A DNA stretch of 63,583 nt, the filler included, from Reticulomyxa filosa (Eukaryota; Protista; Foraminifera), in assembly GCA_000512085.1 (NCBI GenBank). It is 17 parts of 17 records of this genome, joined end to end, with 100 filler letters (N's around TTAATTAATTAA, not from the genome) between each part and the next. Parts side by side here need not be neighbours in the genome. Positions count along the whole stretch, not along the records: positions 25,935 to 29,278 come from ASPP01023044.1; positions 29,379 to 35,798 come from ASPP01003060.1; positions 35,899 to 36,898 come from ASPP01045708.1; positions 36,999 to 39,040 come from ASPP01007871.1; 13 more parts are not named here. One strand, given 5' to 3'. Below, one piece after another: positions 25,969 through 39,140 of the stretch. A model generated the notes under the pieces. The model was not told the DNA's origin and made no database searches. It saw nothing but the letters and a program-made list of their open reading frames with translations. How positions within the stretch are numbered: the first letter of the stretch is position 1; every line of letters starts with the position of its first letter. The position numbers were made by a program, and so were the translations under genes.

Positions 25969-27189
25969 ACCTCAGAAAGGATCTGGTCGCTCTCGAATGT
26001 GTGATGGCAGAGCTCCTCAATTTACCAAAGGTGGCAAAGCTCATGCAAAACGCCCCAAAGATTGGTCCACACAATTGCCACGCAAAATATACCAACTGGG
26101 ACTGAAAATTGCTCTAACTGCGAGATATCGCGAGGGCGATTTCTTCATTTGGGAAGACTTGCGCTTGCCACGTTTGCGTGTGCCACGAGATGTGTTTCGT
26201 GCACTATTTTTGATTTTAAAAAAAAAAAAAAAAAAAAGAGGAGGGATACACTGCTTGCAATTTGCTCCATACACGTACACATACCTATCTCTCCTCTCTT
26301 TAATAATCTCAATAGCAATTGGAGTGATGTCGACAAACATGTAGAATTGCAAAACTTAGTACCAGTTGAAATGCTGGACTGGAATGAAAGCACAAAGTTG
26401 TATCAAGACGTCGCGCGAACACGGCAAATGCTGAAGAATTGGGGATGGCTCAAACCTTATATACAGGAAAAAGTCAATGACAAACAAACCCACTCCATAA
26501 TCGCCGAAGCCAAAAGGTCGGGCAATATTGTCGACATGCTGGAAGCAATGCCCATTTCACAGTTCGGATGGGAGTTTTTGAAGGTTCAATTCGATTGAGT
26601 TTGTATGCATATATGTATATGTATATCTTTTTAAAAACACTCCCTTGCACATACGGTCGTCCTTTAAAATAATTTATTCCGCCTTTGTATGCGCTTTTTA
26701 TCAGGAAGAAGATGAATTGGAAGACGTTGTTATTCCAAGTGTGTTGATAATTCATCATGGCTATGTCGATCCTGAGTTTGATGAAAATCTGAAAAGAGTT
26801 AAAGGAGTCGATTTAGTTAGTACCGATGAATTACTTGATGTTAAACCTGTCATGGGTATGGCCGTCACAAAATTACTCAAGTTATAATTAAAAATTTTAT
26901 ATTCCCTTTAATTTTTTTTTTGCTTTGATATGTTTTTATCGCGTTGTTTTTTTTTTGCAGATACAAAAAGATCGTTATCACAGTGGAAGCACTTCGACAA
27001 ATTGAAGATATTGTCACAATTGAAAGGGAAGTCGAAAAATGGAATTATTTTGCTGACTTAAATAAACTTGAACAAGATGAAAATTTGCCTGATGCCTTCC
27101 CAGAAGACATTTACGGCCCTCAAGGTCATGAAAACGAGGGGACCATCTTAGCAAATGAAGAAAAGAAATTGAAAATGAAGTCCATGTAG
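25969..27189 (+). CDS. MRPL4: Mitochondrial (bacterial-type) ribosomal protein uL4, 5' truncated, multi-exon
   Basis: PQKGSGRSR...RAPQFTKGGKAHAKRPKDWSTQLPRKIYQLGLKIALTA; C-terminal YKKIVITVEALRQIE. Confidence 0.88.
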
Positions 27190-27926
27190 TTTACTTGATT
27201 GTTATTTGCACTTCAACGAATCTACTTGTTTTTTATTTCACTTCCTTTCTTATTATAAACAAATATTGAAGAGTAATATAAAAATTTCTACCTTTCCCTC
27301 CATTTTTTTCAACACAATTTTTTCAAATTTGTTGCCATGAGACCCTCTTTAATATTCATAAAATATGTTATCATATTTTATTGCATTAATAACTCTCACG
27401 ACGATTTCTTGATTATATTTGCCACAAAAAGAATCATGTATAAAGGACGTTAAAACTCGGCTTTCTTTGGATTAGTGCTTTGCACCACAACTTAACCAAT
27501 TAATTTCAAATGCTTGAATTGTTTTTACAATGCAACATGATATTTTGCAAAGCACACAAACCATAATCATTTTTCACAAATCAGTTTTTTCAATCAGTTT
27601 ATGTTGAGAACATTTCTTCAAGGCCATAGTAATGGAAGATGAGAAAAGGTATTGCATTTTTAAAAAAGAAAGACTAGATGACAAACACATTTTTCGGGAA
27701 AAATTGATAGATATGTCAGGTGAACATTGAAGGGATGATTACAAACCAATCGTTTTTACATACAATAAATGAAAACAAGTAGAGCACAAGCTTCTGGCTA
27801 AGAAATCGCATAGACTTGCTTTGTAAGGAAAACGAATGGAAAACGGTTCTTGTATAAAGTCTAGCACACGACGACGCAAAAAAAAAAAAAAATTTCCAAG
27901 TGACTCGCGCGTGACAAATAACAAAG

Positions 27927-29237
27927 TTAATAATTCTCAATATCTACATGAACAGTGTGATAGCCGTATTTTCGGATTATATTTTTGATATCAGTTTCGA
28001 GTTTGGTTCTTTCAATGGTCAGCCAAGATTGATAGTCAGCGCAGCACTTCATCATCAAGTCATGAAAGTGAGCCTTGTGATCGGCTCCGGCAATGGCTTC
28101 CTGAAACTTGGCAAGCATATCATTAGCATCCATGTGTTTATTGGCAATGCGATCAGCGTTGTAATCTACCTCCACCTTAAGGACACAAGCATCGGGGCCG
28201 ACAATCAAGGACTTGATATCGTGATAGGAGCCGACCATTTCACTTTCCTGAAGGATTTTGAGCACCTGGCCCATGACATCACTGGGCAGCGACCGACCCG
28301 TGAGCAAGCGCATATTTCGCCAAAACAAAGAGGTGCCCACTGCAGTGACAAACAGTCCAATGCTAATGCTTCCAAGCGCGTCAAACAAGGTGAGGCCAGT
28401 CTGATGAGTAGCAATCATACATGAGACGGCCAAGATGGAGCAAACGACGCCTGCGCCATCTTCAGCAAGCACATGCACCGAGGTGGAATCGGTTCCATTT
28501 CTCAAGTAGTCGAAAAACGACGTCTGATGGATTTTGGCTTTGTCTCGGATGAGTCGATATGCCGGAATGAACGAGTACGTATCGAACAAGGCCGACCCAA
28601 CACACATGGCGACTCCCCAGTACAAGTGATGCGGCATGGACGGCGACCACAAATCCTGAATGCCATTGAACAAGGCTGTCATCCCAAACAAGCACACAAT
28701 ACCGCCACTCAAGGCGTTGAATCCCCATTTGCCCGAGCCATAGCCATACGGATGCATGTGATCCGAAGGCAGCGTTGCAAAGCGCAACGATAACAATAAT
28801 GTCATTTGATTGAACAGGTCTCCGCAACTACGCAACACTTCTGCCCAAAGTGTCCACGACTGTGTCACGTACCAAAACCCACACATAAATACCACTTTCA
28901 TGCTGTTTGCTACTATTGCTCGTTGCACCACCAACACTTCACTGCCGTCTTTGCGCGTCCATTTCGACAGCTGGCGCGTGTAGTCCCACAATGACGCACT
29001 GATTGGCGCTTGCGTCTGACGCCAGCCGTACAACGCCTCGTATGACATCGGCTTACCCTTCCACGTCTTGTATTTCTGTTCCACGTACTCCACCCCGTAC
29101 TTTGATGTCGCCTTCTCCCACGCGTCTCGTAAGTAATACCAACGCTTCTCTTGTATGTCGTCATATGGATCATATTTCCTTATGCACCGGATCGTTTTCA
29201 AATCGTTGTCGTCCAATCCAAAAACCTTCGAACATTC
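27927..29237 (-). CDS. SLC30A9: Cation diffusion facilitator, ZnT9/MTP7-like, 5' truncated
   Basis: HPYGYG, VLAEDGAGV, FDALGSISIG, NMRLLTGRSL, KVEVDYN, and a ZnT9-type N-terminal domain (GLDDNDLKTIRCIRKYDPY). Confidence 0.88.
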   Translation of the reverse strand, partial: ECSKVFGLDDNDLKTIRCIRKYDPYDDIQEKRWYYLRDAWEKATSKYGVEYVEQKYKTWKGKPMSYEALYGWRQTQAPISASLWDYTRQLSKWTRKDGSEVLVVQRAIVANSMKVVFMCGFWYVTQSWTLWAEVLRSCGDLFNQMTLLLSLRFATLPSDHMHPYGYGSGKWGFNALSGGIVCLFGMTALFNGIQDLWSPSMPHHLYWGVAMCVGSALFDTYSFIPAYRLIRDKAKIHQTSFFDYLRNGTDSTSVHVLAEDGAGVVCSILAVSCMIATHQTGLTLFDALGSISIGLFVTAVGTSLFWRNMRLLTGRSLPSDVMGQVLKILQESEMVGSYHDIKSLIVGPDACVLKVEVDYNADRIANKHMDANDMLAKFQEAIAGADHKAHFHDLMMKCCADYQSWLTIERTKLETDIKNIIRKYGYHTVHVDIENY

Positions 29238-29240
29238 CTC

Positions 29241-29278
<38 letters not shown>

Positions 29279-29378
29279 NNNNNNNNNNNNNNNNNNNNNN
29301 NNNNNNNNNNNNNNNNNNNNNNTTAATTAATTAANNNNNNNNNNNNNNNNNNNNNNNNNNNNNNNNNNNNNNNNNNNN

Positions 29379-29727
29379 CCTACTTTTTTAAAGCATTTTC
29401 AGAAAGTCATCAAGCGTAAATATTTGTAAAGAAAATATTAGCCATGACGCAACAGCAAGTCTTTTGTTAAAATTCTCAATACTCTAGCAACTTTCAAAAA
29501 AATTAAAAAACTCAAATATCGATACATTCACCTAAAAAAAAAAGAAAAATAAAGGATAAAATATTGAAATAATTAGTAAAAATGTAATAAAAAACCAAAA
29601 TTATTTAAAAAGTACACGATTTGTAGATTTTTTTAAAATTAAGTCTGAATGTTATTTTTTCATGTAGAAAATCAATAATCTCTATAAGGTGCCGTTTTAG
29701 GTGTCAAATTTATTTTGCGTTCTACTG
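29379..29727 (-). mobile_element. Internally deleted (MITE-like) copy of the Tc1-like element
   Basis: The reverse complement matches 58651-58940 and then jumps directly to 59715-59774. Ends ctactg|TA at 29727. Confidence 0.8.
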
Positions 29728-29744
29728 TATTTAAATCAAACAAA

Positions 29745-30055
29745 CTAATATTATATCTATTAGTGATAAATAACAAATTGTTATTCCACATATCACCACA
29801 CGTCCTTGGTAATCATTTTTATCTCTTGAATGTTAATGTGATTATTATGACTGTCTGTAAAGGAATCCATTGATTGCAATTTTTTGATTTCTTTAATTTA
29901 TTTATTTCATTGGCATTATCATTATTACTGTCATTGTTCCAAGCATTTGCATATTTCATCACCAATGTATGTCTACAAAAGACAAAAAAGCGATTTCTTG
30001 TTATTTTTGTTGTTGTGATCTACCAGTTTCACTACAGTATTTTGATTAATCATGT
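29745..30055 (-). pseudogene. Kelch-protein relic
   Basis: Minus-strand fragments CSETGRSQQQK, HTLVMKYANAW, NQWIPLQ and NNLLFIT match the Kelch pseudogene at 8093-9279. Confidence 0.65.
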
Positions 30056-30307
30056 TGTTAATGTTAAAGTTTTAAAAAAAGGGTAACGTGAAAAAATTAA
30101 AACTAAATTTTGTATTGTTAAGATAATATTATGTGAAATTTTTACATATCATTATAATTATCGTCGTAATGTCATTTGTCAAAAGGTAAAATCATCTGTT
30201 TGTGGGGTTTAATTTATTACTTTATTTTTCTCAATAAAAAGGGTTTTATTCAATTAAGTCAAACAAGTTCAATACTATTTTCATCAAATTTTAAAAAAGG
30301 TTCCATA

Positions 30308-31686
30308 TTATCCCCAAATATAAATTGGACCTTTTATTGAACCATAACACAAGTTCAAAGCATAAGTATTATTTTTTGTATTCAATCTCTTTTTCAATGA
30401 TATAAATTTAAGACATAATATTCCATCTTCTTCATCATCATTATCATTATCTCCTTTGATTACAGACAATTCCTTCTTATTTGATCGAATGTCCCAAAAA
30501 CAAATTGTATTATCCATTGATCCAGAACATATCACATTTGAATAACAGCCAATTTCGATATTATTCACTACAAATGGTGAATATTCAACAGTATATACAT
30601 AATCTGTATGTCCATTGAACACTTGAGTTTGTTTACCAGATCGATTATCCCACAAATAAACACTTTTGTCATCTGATCCTGATAATATTGTATTTAATAA
30701 TTCATTTGATCCATATTTTACACTGTTTACTCCACTTTTATGTCCTTTGAATTTAATTAATTCTTTTGTTGTTTCAATATCCCATGTACGAATGGTTTTA
30801 TCAAATGATCCAGAACAAATAGTATATCCATTACCACCAATCACGCCAATACTATTAGTTTTATTGTAGTTGTTATTGCTTTGTAATGGTGAAATATCCA
30901 CACACCAAACACCTCTTTCATGTCCATTGAAAACATGCAATGACTTGGATGTTTCAACATCCCACAAACGAATCGTTTTGTCATCAGATCCAGAACACAA
31001 ATATCTACCACCACCAAATGGTGAAAATTCGATACCATAAACACTTCGAAAGTGTTCATTAAATAAATTTAATTGTCGATTACGTTTGAAATCCCAAAAA
31101 CGGATTGTATTGTCTTTTGATGAAGAGCAAATGACATTAAAACGATAATTTTGATAATAGTATTTTGAAAATTTAACACAGTTCACAGAATATGAATGTC
31201 CATTAAATGATTGCATTTGTTTGTTGTTTTCAATATCCCACACACGAACTGTTTTATCTTGTGATCCGGAGCAAATGTATTGTCCGCTATCAAATGTTGC
31301 ATAATCAATGCTATACACAGTTTCAGTGTGTGCAATGAATGTATTGAGTAATTTGGATGACTGATGAAAGGTGTCAAATATGAAAATGCTCATTTCCTGT
31401 GTTAAATAGTGCTTATAGATAAATGTTTGAATTTTTATTTTTGATATAAAAAAGACATACATAATTGATAACAATCTTGTCAAAATGATGAATCCATCCT
31501 AATTTAATGTTTGATATTCTAATCCAATACTGAATAATGATTTGGATTTCTTTTTCTTCTAACTAACTCAATTACAAATAACATAAAATTATAATAAAAA
31601 AACAAACAGAATTCTGAAAGAATTAAAATAAGGCTTACGAAAGGTAATCGCTTTGATGTCTGTGTCTCAAGAAGAGTGGCAGCCAT
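30308..31686 (-). CDS. WD40-repeat protein with N-terminal GWI-module exon; exons 31639-31686, 31461-31562, 30308-31396
   Basis: Exon 2 LEEKEIQIIIQYWIRISNIKLGWIHHFDKIVINY; intact WD40 ORF with subfamily signature IGVIGGNGYTICSGS. Confidence 0.93.
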
Positions 31687-32452
31687 TCTCTAGACTTGTT
31701 TGCTTGATATCAATAATCAAGATCAAGATTTAAATGGTCCTCAAAAATTTTTTTGAAAAAAACACGATTATGAACGTTCAGTTAAAAGAGAAACACAAAA
31801 CTAAAAGGATATCCTAATACAGTGATAGGGCTGAGCAAAAATACAATGTATACAAATATAATTAACTAATGTTTAAACAATCTCTTTTTGTTTTTGCCTT
31901 ATTGATAATAGATGCATAATATATTCTTTTGTATCACTTAAAGTCATCTAATTGGCTGACCAAAAAGAAGGAATTACGTATTTTAAATTTCTACAATTAA
32001 AGAATGACAGAAAAAAATAATGATAGTAGTGATTATGGTATTCATTTTGTGTTATTATTCAAATAAGAATTCAATTCGTATTGAAAATAATACGATTTTC
32101 CACCAAAAAAAATTTGCTTGAGTTAAATGAAATGATTTTCCTCTCTAATTGTCATATTTTTTATTATTTTCTTCTTGAATCTTCCATTTAAATTTAATGA
32201 AAAGCAAGACATAAAATAAAATGCATAAAATACAAAGAATAAAAAACTTCTTTTATTAGCACTTTTTACAAAATCACTACAATACAAAATAATCCTACGA
32301 CATATGTCAATAAAAGATACTCGTAATTAGTATTGAGTGTCTACAAGTTTATTGCATAAATATGAAAAAATGAATCTTTTTAAAACGAAAAATGAATACA
32401 TTGTTTGCGTTGATACTACTTATTATTAAATGTTTTTTATAATTTCATAATA

Positions 32453-32610
32453 CAGTAAAATGCAAAGTAAAGTTGACCTAAAACCGCACATTATATAGAT
32501 AATTGATTTTCTTCATGAAAAACAACATTTATACCTAATTTTTTAAAATATCTACGAATCGTGTAGTTTTTAAGTATCATTTTAGTTTTTTATTAAATAT
32601 TTCATAATTA
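32453..32610 (+). mobile_element. Tc1-like left-end TIR fragment
   Basis: TA|cagtaaaatgcaaagtaaagttgacc...ttgattttcttcatgaaaaacaacatt matches 58651 onward. Confidence 0.75.
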
Positions 32611-32671
32611 TTCAATATTTGTCACGATAGCTTTAAATGCTTATGTTGAATGTTAAAAGTATATTATCACA

Positions 32672-33824
32672 TTATCTCCATATTCTGATTGTTTTGTCAT
32701 GAGAACTTGACACAATAGTATTACTGTCTGATGAAATATCGATCCTTGAAATCCAACGATAGTGTCCTACTAAAATTTGTGTTGTACACCCTGATTTCGT
32801 ATCCCACAAACGGATAGTTTTGTCTAAAGAACATGATACAATAGTTTGACCGTCTGGAAAATATTGCGCGTCAGTTACAATATCTGAATGTCCTTTCAAT
32901 ATTTTTAATTCTTTTCCTGATCTGACACTCCATATTCGGATTGTATTATCTGCTGAACATGATACAATAAATCTATCATTCGGAGAAAATTTTGCACATC
33001 GTACACTAGCAGTATGTCCTGTTAATTGTTTTAATCTTTCGCCTGTTTTTGCATTCCATAAACCAATTGTTTCATCATAAGACGATGATGCAATCATTTG
33101 CCCATCAGATGAAAAGTATACACTGCCCACACCATTAAGATGACCAACTAATTTTTTAATCTCTTTTCCAAATTCTATATCCCAAACTCTTATTATATTG
33201 TCAGAGGACCCTGATACAATATATTTACCATCTGGAGAGAAGTTGATATGCCATACTGTACCTTCGTCTTCAATTCTCATTACTTCTTTTTGTGTTTGTA
33301 CATCCCATAATCGAATTGTTTCATCTTGTGAACAAGATACAATCACATTTCCATTTGGTGAAAATTCTGCAAAATTAGCATAACTGGAATGTCCATCGAA
33401 GCATTGAATTTGTTTTCCAGACTCAATATCCCATATTCTGACTGTTCTATCGTCTGATGCTGATACGACCTTGCAACCATCTGACGAAAATTTTACGCTA
33501 TTTATTCTTAAGACATGCCCATTTAAAAAGTTCATGAATTTAAAATGTGTGACCTATACATCAAAACTGATTATCAATAAAATATTTCATCCAAATCAAA
33601 AATATAAATAAATATCTTAACGTATTTGACAACTGTTTTATCAAAATCACAGATCCATCCCGATCCAATCGTCAAAATCCGAAGCCAATACTGAATCACT
33701 AGCTTTACTTGTTTTCCTGACTGTTTCACAACAACAGAACCGAATACAACAAATGTATTAGAAACATGTTGAGGCAAAACTTTACCAACTGTGATGTTTC
33801 ATTTTCATTAGTTGCAGTATTCAT
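32672..33824 (-). CDS. 7-bladed WD40-repeat protein with N-terminal GWI-module exon; exons 33786-33824, 33622-33720, 32672-33553
   Basis: Exon 2 SGKQVKLVIQYWLRILTIGSGWICDFDKTVVKY; seven GH..FSPD..TIRxWD repeats. Confidence 0.93.
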
Positions 33825-34249
33825 TTGTATGTCTTGATTTGTATCTATTTCAAATTGTTGAAATTTTGCGGATGCAAAAAATCTCGCTGAAGGAAGCTTG
33901 ACTTAACTCTATTAAGTAAATAATTTTTTATGAGTGAAGTTAATTTCGATTGGTTTGTTTGAAGGAAGACAAATTTAAATGATATCTTGCTTGCAGAACT
34001 GAGCATAAAAGATATTTGGTGTTACAACATAGCTATTTGGTCAAGTAATAGCTTTTGTAATTATACGTGTAACTATCAATAAAAAGAGAGACATACACTG
34101 ATAAAAATGATAAAGTTTATTTGACAGTTGTGCAAAGTAATTGCTTGAGTCGACGGAGTTTCTTCTGGTAAACCCCTAAAAATTTGAACCTATCCATTAT
34201 AAAAAGATTGCGCTTTGTACGCAGTATAGAATCCTGAAAGAAAAAAAAG

Positions 34250-35690
34250 ATGATGGAGGCCACGATGGCATTGGATAATTTGGACAATTTAAGTCTTGAG
34301 CATCATGCAAGTGAGGAAGAGAAGGACACACCCTTAAACTGTGCGTTAGGATACCTATGCGTGGCGGATGGCATCCAACCACATACGAAATATAACCTTG
34401 AGGCATTGGCAAAATTTGAAATAACGAAAACACAGTCTATAATAGGTCGGCATCCAGGAAGTGACATAGTACTTTCACAGCAGAGTGTGTCAGGCCGACA
34501 CGCAAAGATAGGTACGTGTGTTCAACTGTGTTCCGATCAAGTTCTCGAGAACACAAAAACGTGTTGCACAAATTTTTTTTTTTTTCCTCCCTCTTTTGTT
34601 CCCCTCCCTCACCCTCCACCTCCCCAATTGTAAACATGAGTGTTGCAAAATGCAAATAGAATTGGACGTGACGAATATGAATGCTCGAATAACGGATATG
34701 GGGAGTTCGAATTCGACTTTGGTGTACCAAGTCGACCATGCAAAACAAAAATGTCTTAAAGAGGTAAAATAATCTTTTTAATAAAAAAGAACAAGTAATA
34801 GTTACAATACAATACAGCACAAAGAAATAAATATAACACTAAATAAATAAAAAATTAGAAATCTTGTTCTTTGCGTTCCTCAGATTTTCTAACATTTGGT
34901 GGTATATTTATTTATTTAGTGTTATTTAGTTCTATGTATAATTTTTTTTTTTTGCTATTTACAATCATTGGAAGGAGGCGTACCTTTGGCATGAGCGCAT
35001 AGTAAAAAAAAAAAAAAAAAAAAATGCAGCTGCGTGCGTACCATAAGGCAGTTTTGTAAAATGTGGTGGGGATAAAATAGATGTGAAGCTTCAATTTTGG
35101 TTTGCCAAGGATTATCGAGAGGAAGTGCAGAAACAGAAGGAAGAAGAAGAGAAACGTGAACAAAAAGCAGCAGCAGCAACAACAACAGCAACAACAACAG
35201 TAGTCAAACGTAAACATTTGACAACAATGAAAGAAGAACTCACGAATAAATTGGAAGATAATCCGAGTGCTGTCAAACGTCCGAATCGCCACCATGGTCG
35301 CTCTGCTTCGCCCTCTCTCGCTGCCAAGCGAGCGATATTAGAGTCCACTTTACCTTTTGACGATGATTACGAAGATAACAGCTCTCATTCTCATCCTCAT
35401 CCTGTCCCAGACTCTAACTTGTTCTTTTTTTTTTTTTTTTTTTGGTATGTGCAATGTTTGTGTGGAGAGTCCTTTGCAAATGTATGTGTGTGTGTGTGCA
35501 TGATGGAATAAATTAGTGCAAAGAATGGCAACGGTAAGGCGCAAATGAAAACCCCACTGAAACGTAGGACGTCAAATGGGTCTGAAACCTCCTTCCCTTC
35601 GGGCGGAGACGCAACCACAGACAATGCAAATGCAGACACGTCGATGAATGAACTTGCAAGTGGTGATCTTGTCACTCCGATTCATCTCAG
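34250..35690 (+). CDS. FHA-domain protein, multi-exon, 3' truncated
   Basis: IIGRHPGSDIVLSQQSVSGRHAKI|ELD...ITDMGSSNST gives the FHA GR/SxxH/N motifs; low-complexity tail follows. Confidence 0.85.
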
Positions 35691-35898
35691 ACAAAGTTCT
35701 TTTATTATTATTATTATTTTTTTTATTTTTATTATTGCTGTTGTATGGAAGACATCCATTCTTGAAACATAATAACAATAATAATAAATAATAATAATNN
35801 NNNNNNNNNNNNNNNNNNNNNNNNNNNNNNNNNNNNNNNNNNTTAATTAATTAANNNNNNNNNNNNNNNNNNNNNNNNNNNNNNNNNNNNNNNNNNNN

Positions 35899-35936
<38 letters not shown>

Positions 35937-35956
35937 TAACGTGGTGTTGTGACTGT

Positions 35957-36836
35957 TTGATGTGTCAAGACAAAATCAATATAACGTATGTGGACAACAA
36001 AACGGAGGAACACACTGCACTGTGCCCGTCCACGGAGCCCACCTGCACCGGCGACGAACAAACGTCCAATTGGAGTGACGCCACTTGGTACTGCGACGGC
36101 ACTTGGGAAAAGAGTCAGGTGGCGTGGTCGAGCGACAAAGACAGCCGCTTTCGGCCCACACAATTGAAAGATGGACTCACCAACCGCGCCGAACTGCAAA
36201 CGTGGCAAGGCGTCACTTTGCCCGACACCGACGATGTCGATCTGATGGTGTGGATGCGGACCGCCCCTAGCTCCACTTTCACCAAGTTGTATCGCATCAA
36301 TCGCGATGTCAGCTTCAAAAAGGGTGATCGTCTTCTGGTTTGTTTCGTCATCATTCTAGATTGATATTGACATTATTATATACATATATATATATTTGAC
36401 ATTTATATATATGTATATGTGTACATATATATAAATGTCAATGTCAACGATCTTTGCTTTTTTTTTTTTTTTGTTGAACTCATTCGCAAAGGTGAAAATA
36501 AGGAATTATTTTGATGTATCCGATTTCCACGGCTCCAAAGCTCTTGTCATATCTACTGCTGGCTATTTGGGTGGCAAAAGCGATTCCTTGGGATTGATAT
36601 TTTTCGTCATGGCTGGCCTCTCCGCAGCTGCCTTTGGGCTTGTTCACGTTTTTATCCCAGATCTTAGGTGAACCTTGTTTCAATCTAGATTCTGTTTTTT
36701 TTTTTTTTCTCCCTCTCCTTTTTTTCAAACATTTCTAACTTTATGTTTGTGTCGGTTGTTGTGTGATGCTTTGTTTTTGTAATTTGGTTTGACGTGGAAC
36801 AAAAGATATCCTGAAGACGACAAAAATATTAGTTAA
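35957..36836 (+). CDS. CDC50/LEM3 family P4-ATPase (flippase) beta subunit, 3' part
   Basis: DLMVWMRTAPSSTFTKLYRI; YFDVSDFHGSKALVISTAGYLGGKSDSLG followed by a TM helix. Confidence 0.93.
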
Positions 36837-36998
36837 AATGCAATAATCCATTTTTGAGAGTTACGTTAAGATGGGTCGGCATGTGTTGAGTGTACTGTNN
36901 NNNNNNNNNNNNNNNNNNNNNNNNNNNNNNNNNNNNNNNNNNTTAATTAATTAANNNNNNNNNNNNNNNNNNNNNNNNNNNNNNNNNNNNNNNNNNNN

Positions 36999-37062
36999 AT
37001 TGAGAAAATCAATTATCATCATAATATATGTTTTAGGCGTTCGTTTTCTTTGCAACATACTG
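36999..37062 (+). mobile_element. Tc1-like right-end TIR
   Basis: gagaaaatcaattatcatcataa...ttttctttgcaacatactg|TA matches 59980-60040. Confidence 0.8.
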
Positions 37063-37064
37063 TA

Positions 37065-37163
37065 AAGAAAACACAAAAGTGAGTTGTGAAGATTGTTTTA
37101 ACCCACCGGGGGTACAACCGTTCCATTAGTATTTGAGGTTGTATAATATGGACTTACCCTACA
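37065..37163. mobile_element. LTR fragment (family of 11353-11587) adjoining the Tc1 end
   Basis: ttttaacc..gggg..ccgttcc...tataatatggacttaccctaca versus tttaacc..gggg..ccgttcc...tataatagggacttgccctaca. Confidence 0.65.
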
Positions 37164-37755
37164 ACATATATTGTCAAAGTCCAAAAACAATGAATCGGAC
37201 TGCAATATTTTTCATCGCTATCTAAATTAATCAAAAACTTTCAATGGACGTACTGGTACTGTGCTCAGTACTGACTGTTCGATACTCGATAATTGTTGAT
37301 TTATTTGCTTGTGTCAATTGATAAAGCACTTCTGCTGAATATGGATACTAGTTCAGTGGACATTCAGGCTATGTGCATTGTGTAAAATTTTCACCTTATA
37401 TTATCAATATCACCACTGTAATGCCATTTGCCCTTCATTGGAAGATAAAACAAAATATTCATTTTAAGGAAAAACACAAAAGAAAGCATTGAACATGCAA
37501 AACTTTAGTAGTTAAAAACATTAACAAGTGGAAATGATCTAACAAATTTTTAAAAAGTACATCGCACAAAAAACAAATAAACAAAATTAATCTTGAATTT
37601 TTGGAAAAATGTATAATATTCGTAACGTGACATTATTTCGATTTTTGGATGGAAAAGAGAGATATTATAACTCTTTTGTAAAAGAAGTTGTTTTCGAAGA
37701 ACACACGCATGAAGACAACGGGGCACTGTTGATTAAAATAGGATTAAACAAGTGA

Positions 37756-39000
37756 ATGATGTCACCCATGAAGATATTTGGTTTATTATTAATCCAAATA
37801 TTGTTTTGTTCCGTTTTTAGTGACAAAGCGGTGGAGGTTTCCTCAGACGGGTGAGAGAAATAACAGTAAGAAGTGTGTCGTCTAATCAATTCTTTTAAAC
37901 TTAAAAAAAAACGACAGGAAAACACAAGAAACGTACGTTTCCTGTCTTCAACAAAAAAGTTTGATAAACGTGGACATAACACATGAGGAAATAGTACTGA
38001 ATCACAATAAATCATGTGAAGAATCAATTGGAAGGTAAAAGTAGGAAGAGAAAAAAAAAAGATTGAACCAAACAAACAAACAAACAAAAAAAAAAACAAC
38101 GTATACAAATGTACAAAAAGAGGACGGAGTGGAATAACATTGGGATTTCTGACACCACAGAATGCAAAGGGTTATGCATACAGTGTGGAATATGTGTCAA
38201 AATACACACACTTGGCACCCGTATGGTTTCAAATCAAACGATACGGTCACTCGTACCTGCTGCTTGGAGAAAATGTGATGAACAAAGAGTGGATGAAAAC
38301 ACTGCGAGCAAAATCGGCATCCATTCGAATTGTACCGCGCTTTTATTTTGGTGGGGAAGATTGGTCGTTATTGGAGGTTCAAAACTTTTTGCAAGCAAAA
38401 GCGGCACAACGGACCTTGATTGGACAGATTGTTCGGTTCATTCGCTTGCAGCAACTGGACGGATGCGTCATTGAATTCATTGGCTTTTTCAATTGGTTGG
38501 CCAACGTCATTCAAGGCAAACATGCCGCTTTACCAGATCACGAAAAAGTCTCCATCACGCCAGACGTTTATGCTAAAGAGCAGAAACTGTTATTGACTTT
38601 CATTGTTCGTTCTTAGAGACCCACACACACACACATATATATTCATATACATATACATATGTGTACATATATGTATATATATACATACATATATATACAA
38701 ATGTATATGTTGTGTTTTTTTGGGTTGGTAGAAACGATTGGGAACCAGGCTTCTTCAAGAAAACATGGACTTCTTCATGCTTTTGTCACCCTATCATTTG
38801 GAACTATTGGATGCGGATATCATCTGTTTTGTGTGTATAGCCACGCCACTCTTTGCTTTTTATTCTTTAAATCATTTGATTGCCTCTGTTGACCTCTTTT
38901 GAAGATAACTACGTAACTGGAGTCTCATTGATGAGCTATGATTTCAATTTGATCAGTCTGCGTGGAGCTGGCCCTATTGCTCCTTTTGGAGTTTTGTGAT
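37756..39000 (+). CDS. CHID1: Chitinase domain-containing protein 1 (inactive GH18), multi-exon, 3' truncated
   Basis: Signal peptide MMSPMKIFGLLLIQILFCSVFS; TLGFLTPQNAKGY...KYTHLAPVWFQI; LDGCVIE; SLMSYDF...GAGPIAP. Confidence 0.85.
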
Positions 39001-39002
39001 TT

Positions 39003-39040
<38 letters not shown>

Positions 39041-39140
39041 NNNNNNNNNNNNNNNNNNNNNNNNNNNNNNNNNNNNNNNNNNNNTTAATTAATTAANNNN
39101 NNNNNNNNNNNNNNNNNNNNNNNNNNNNNNNNNNNNNNNN

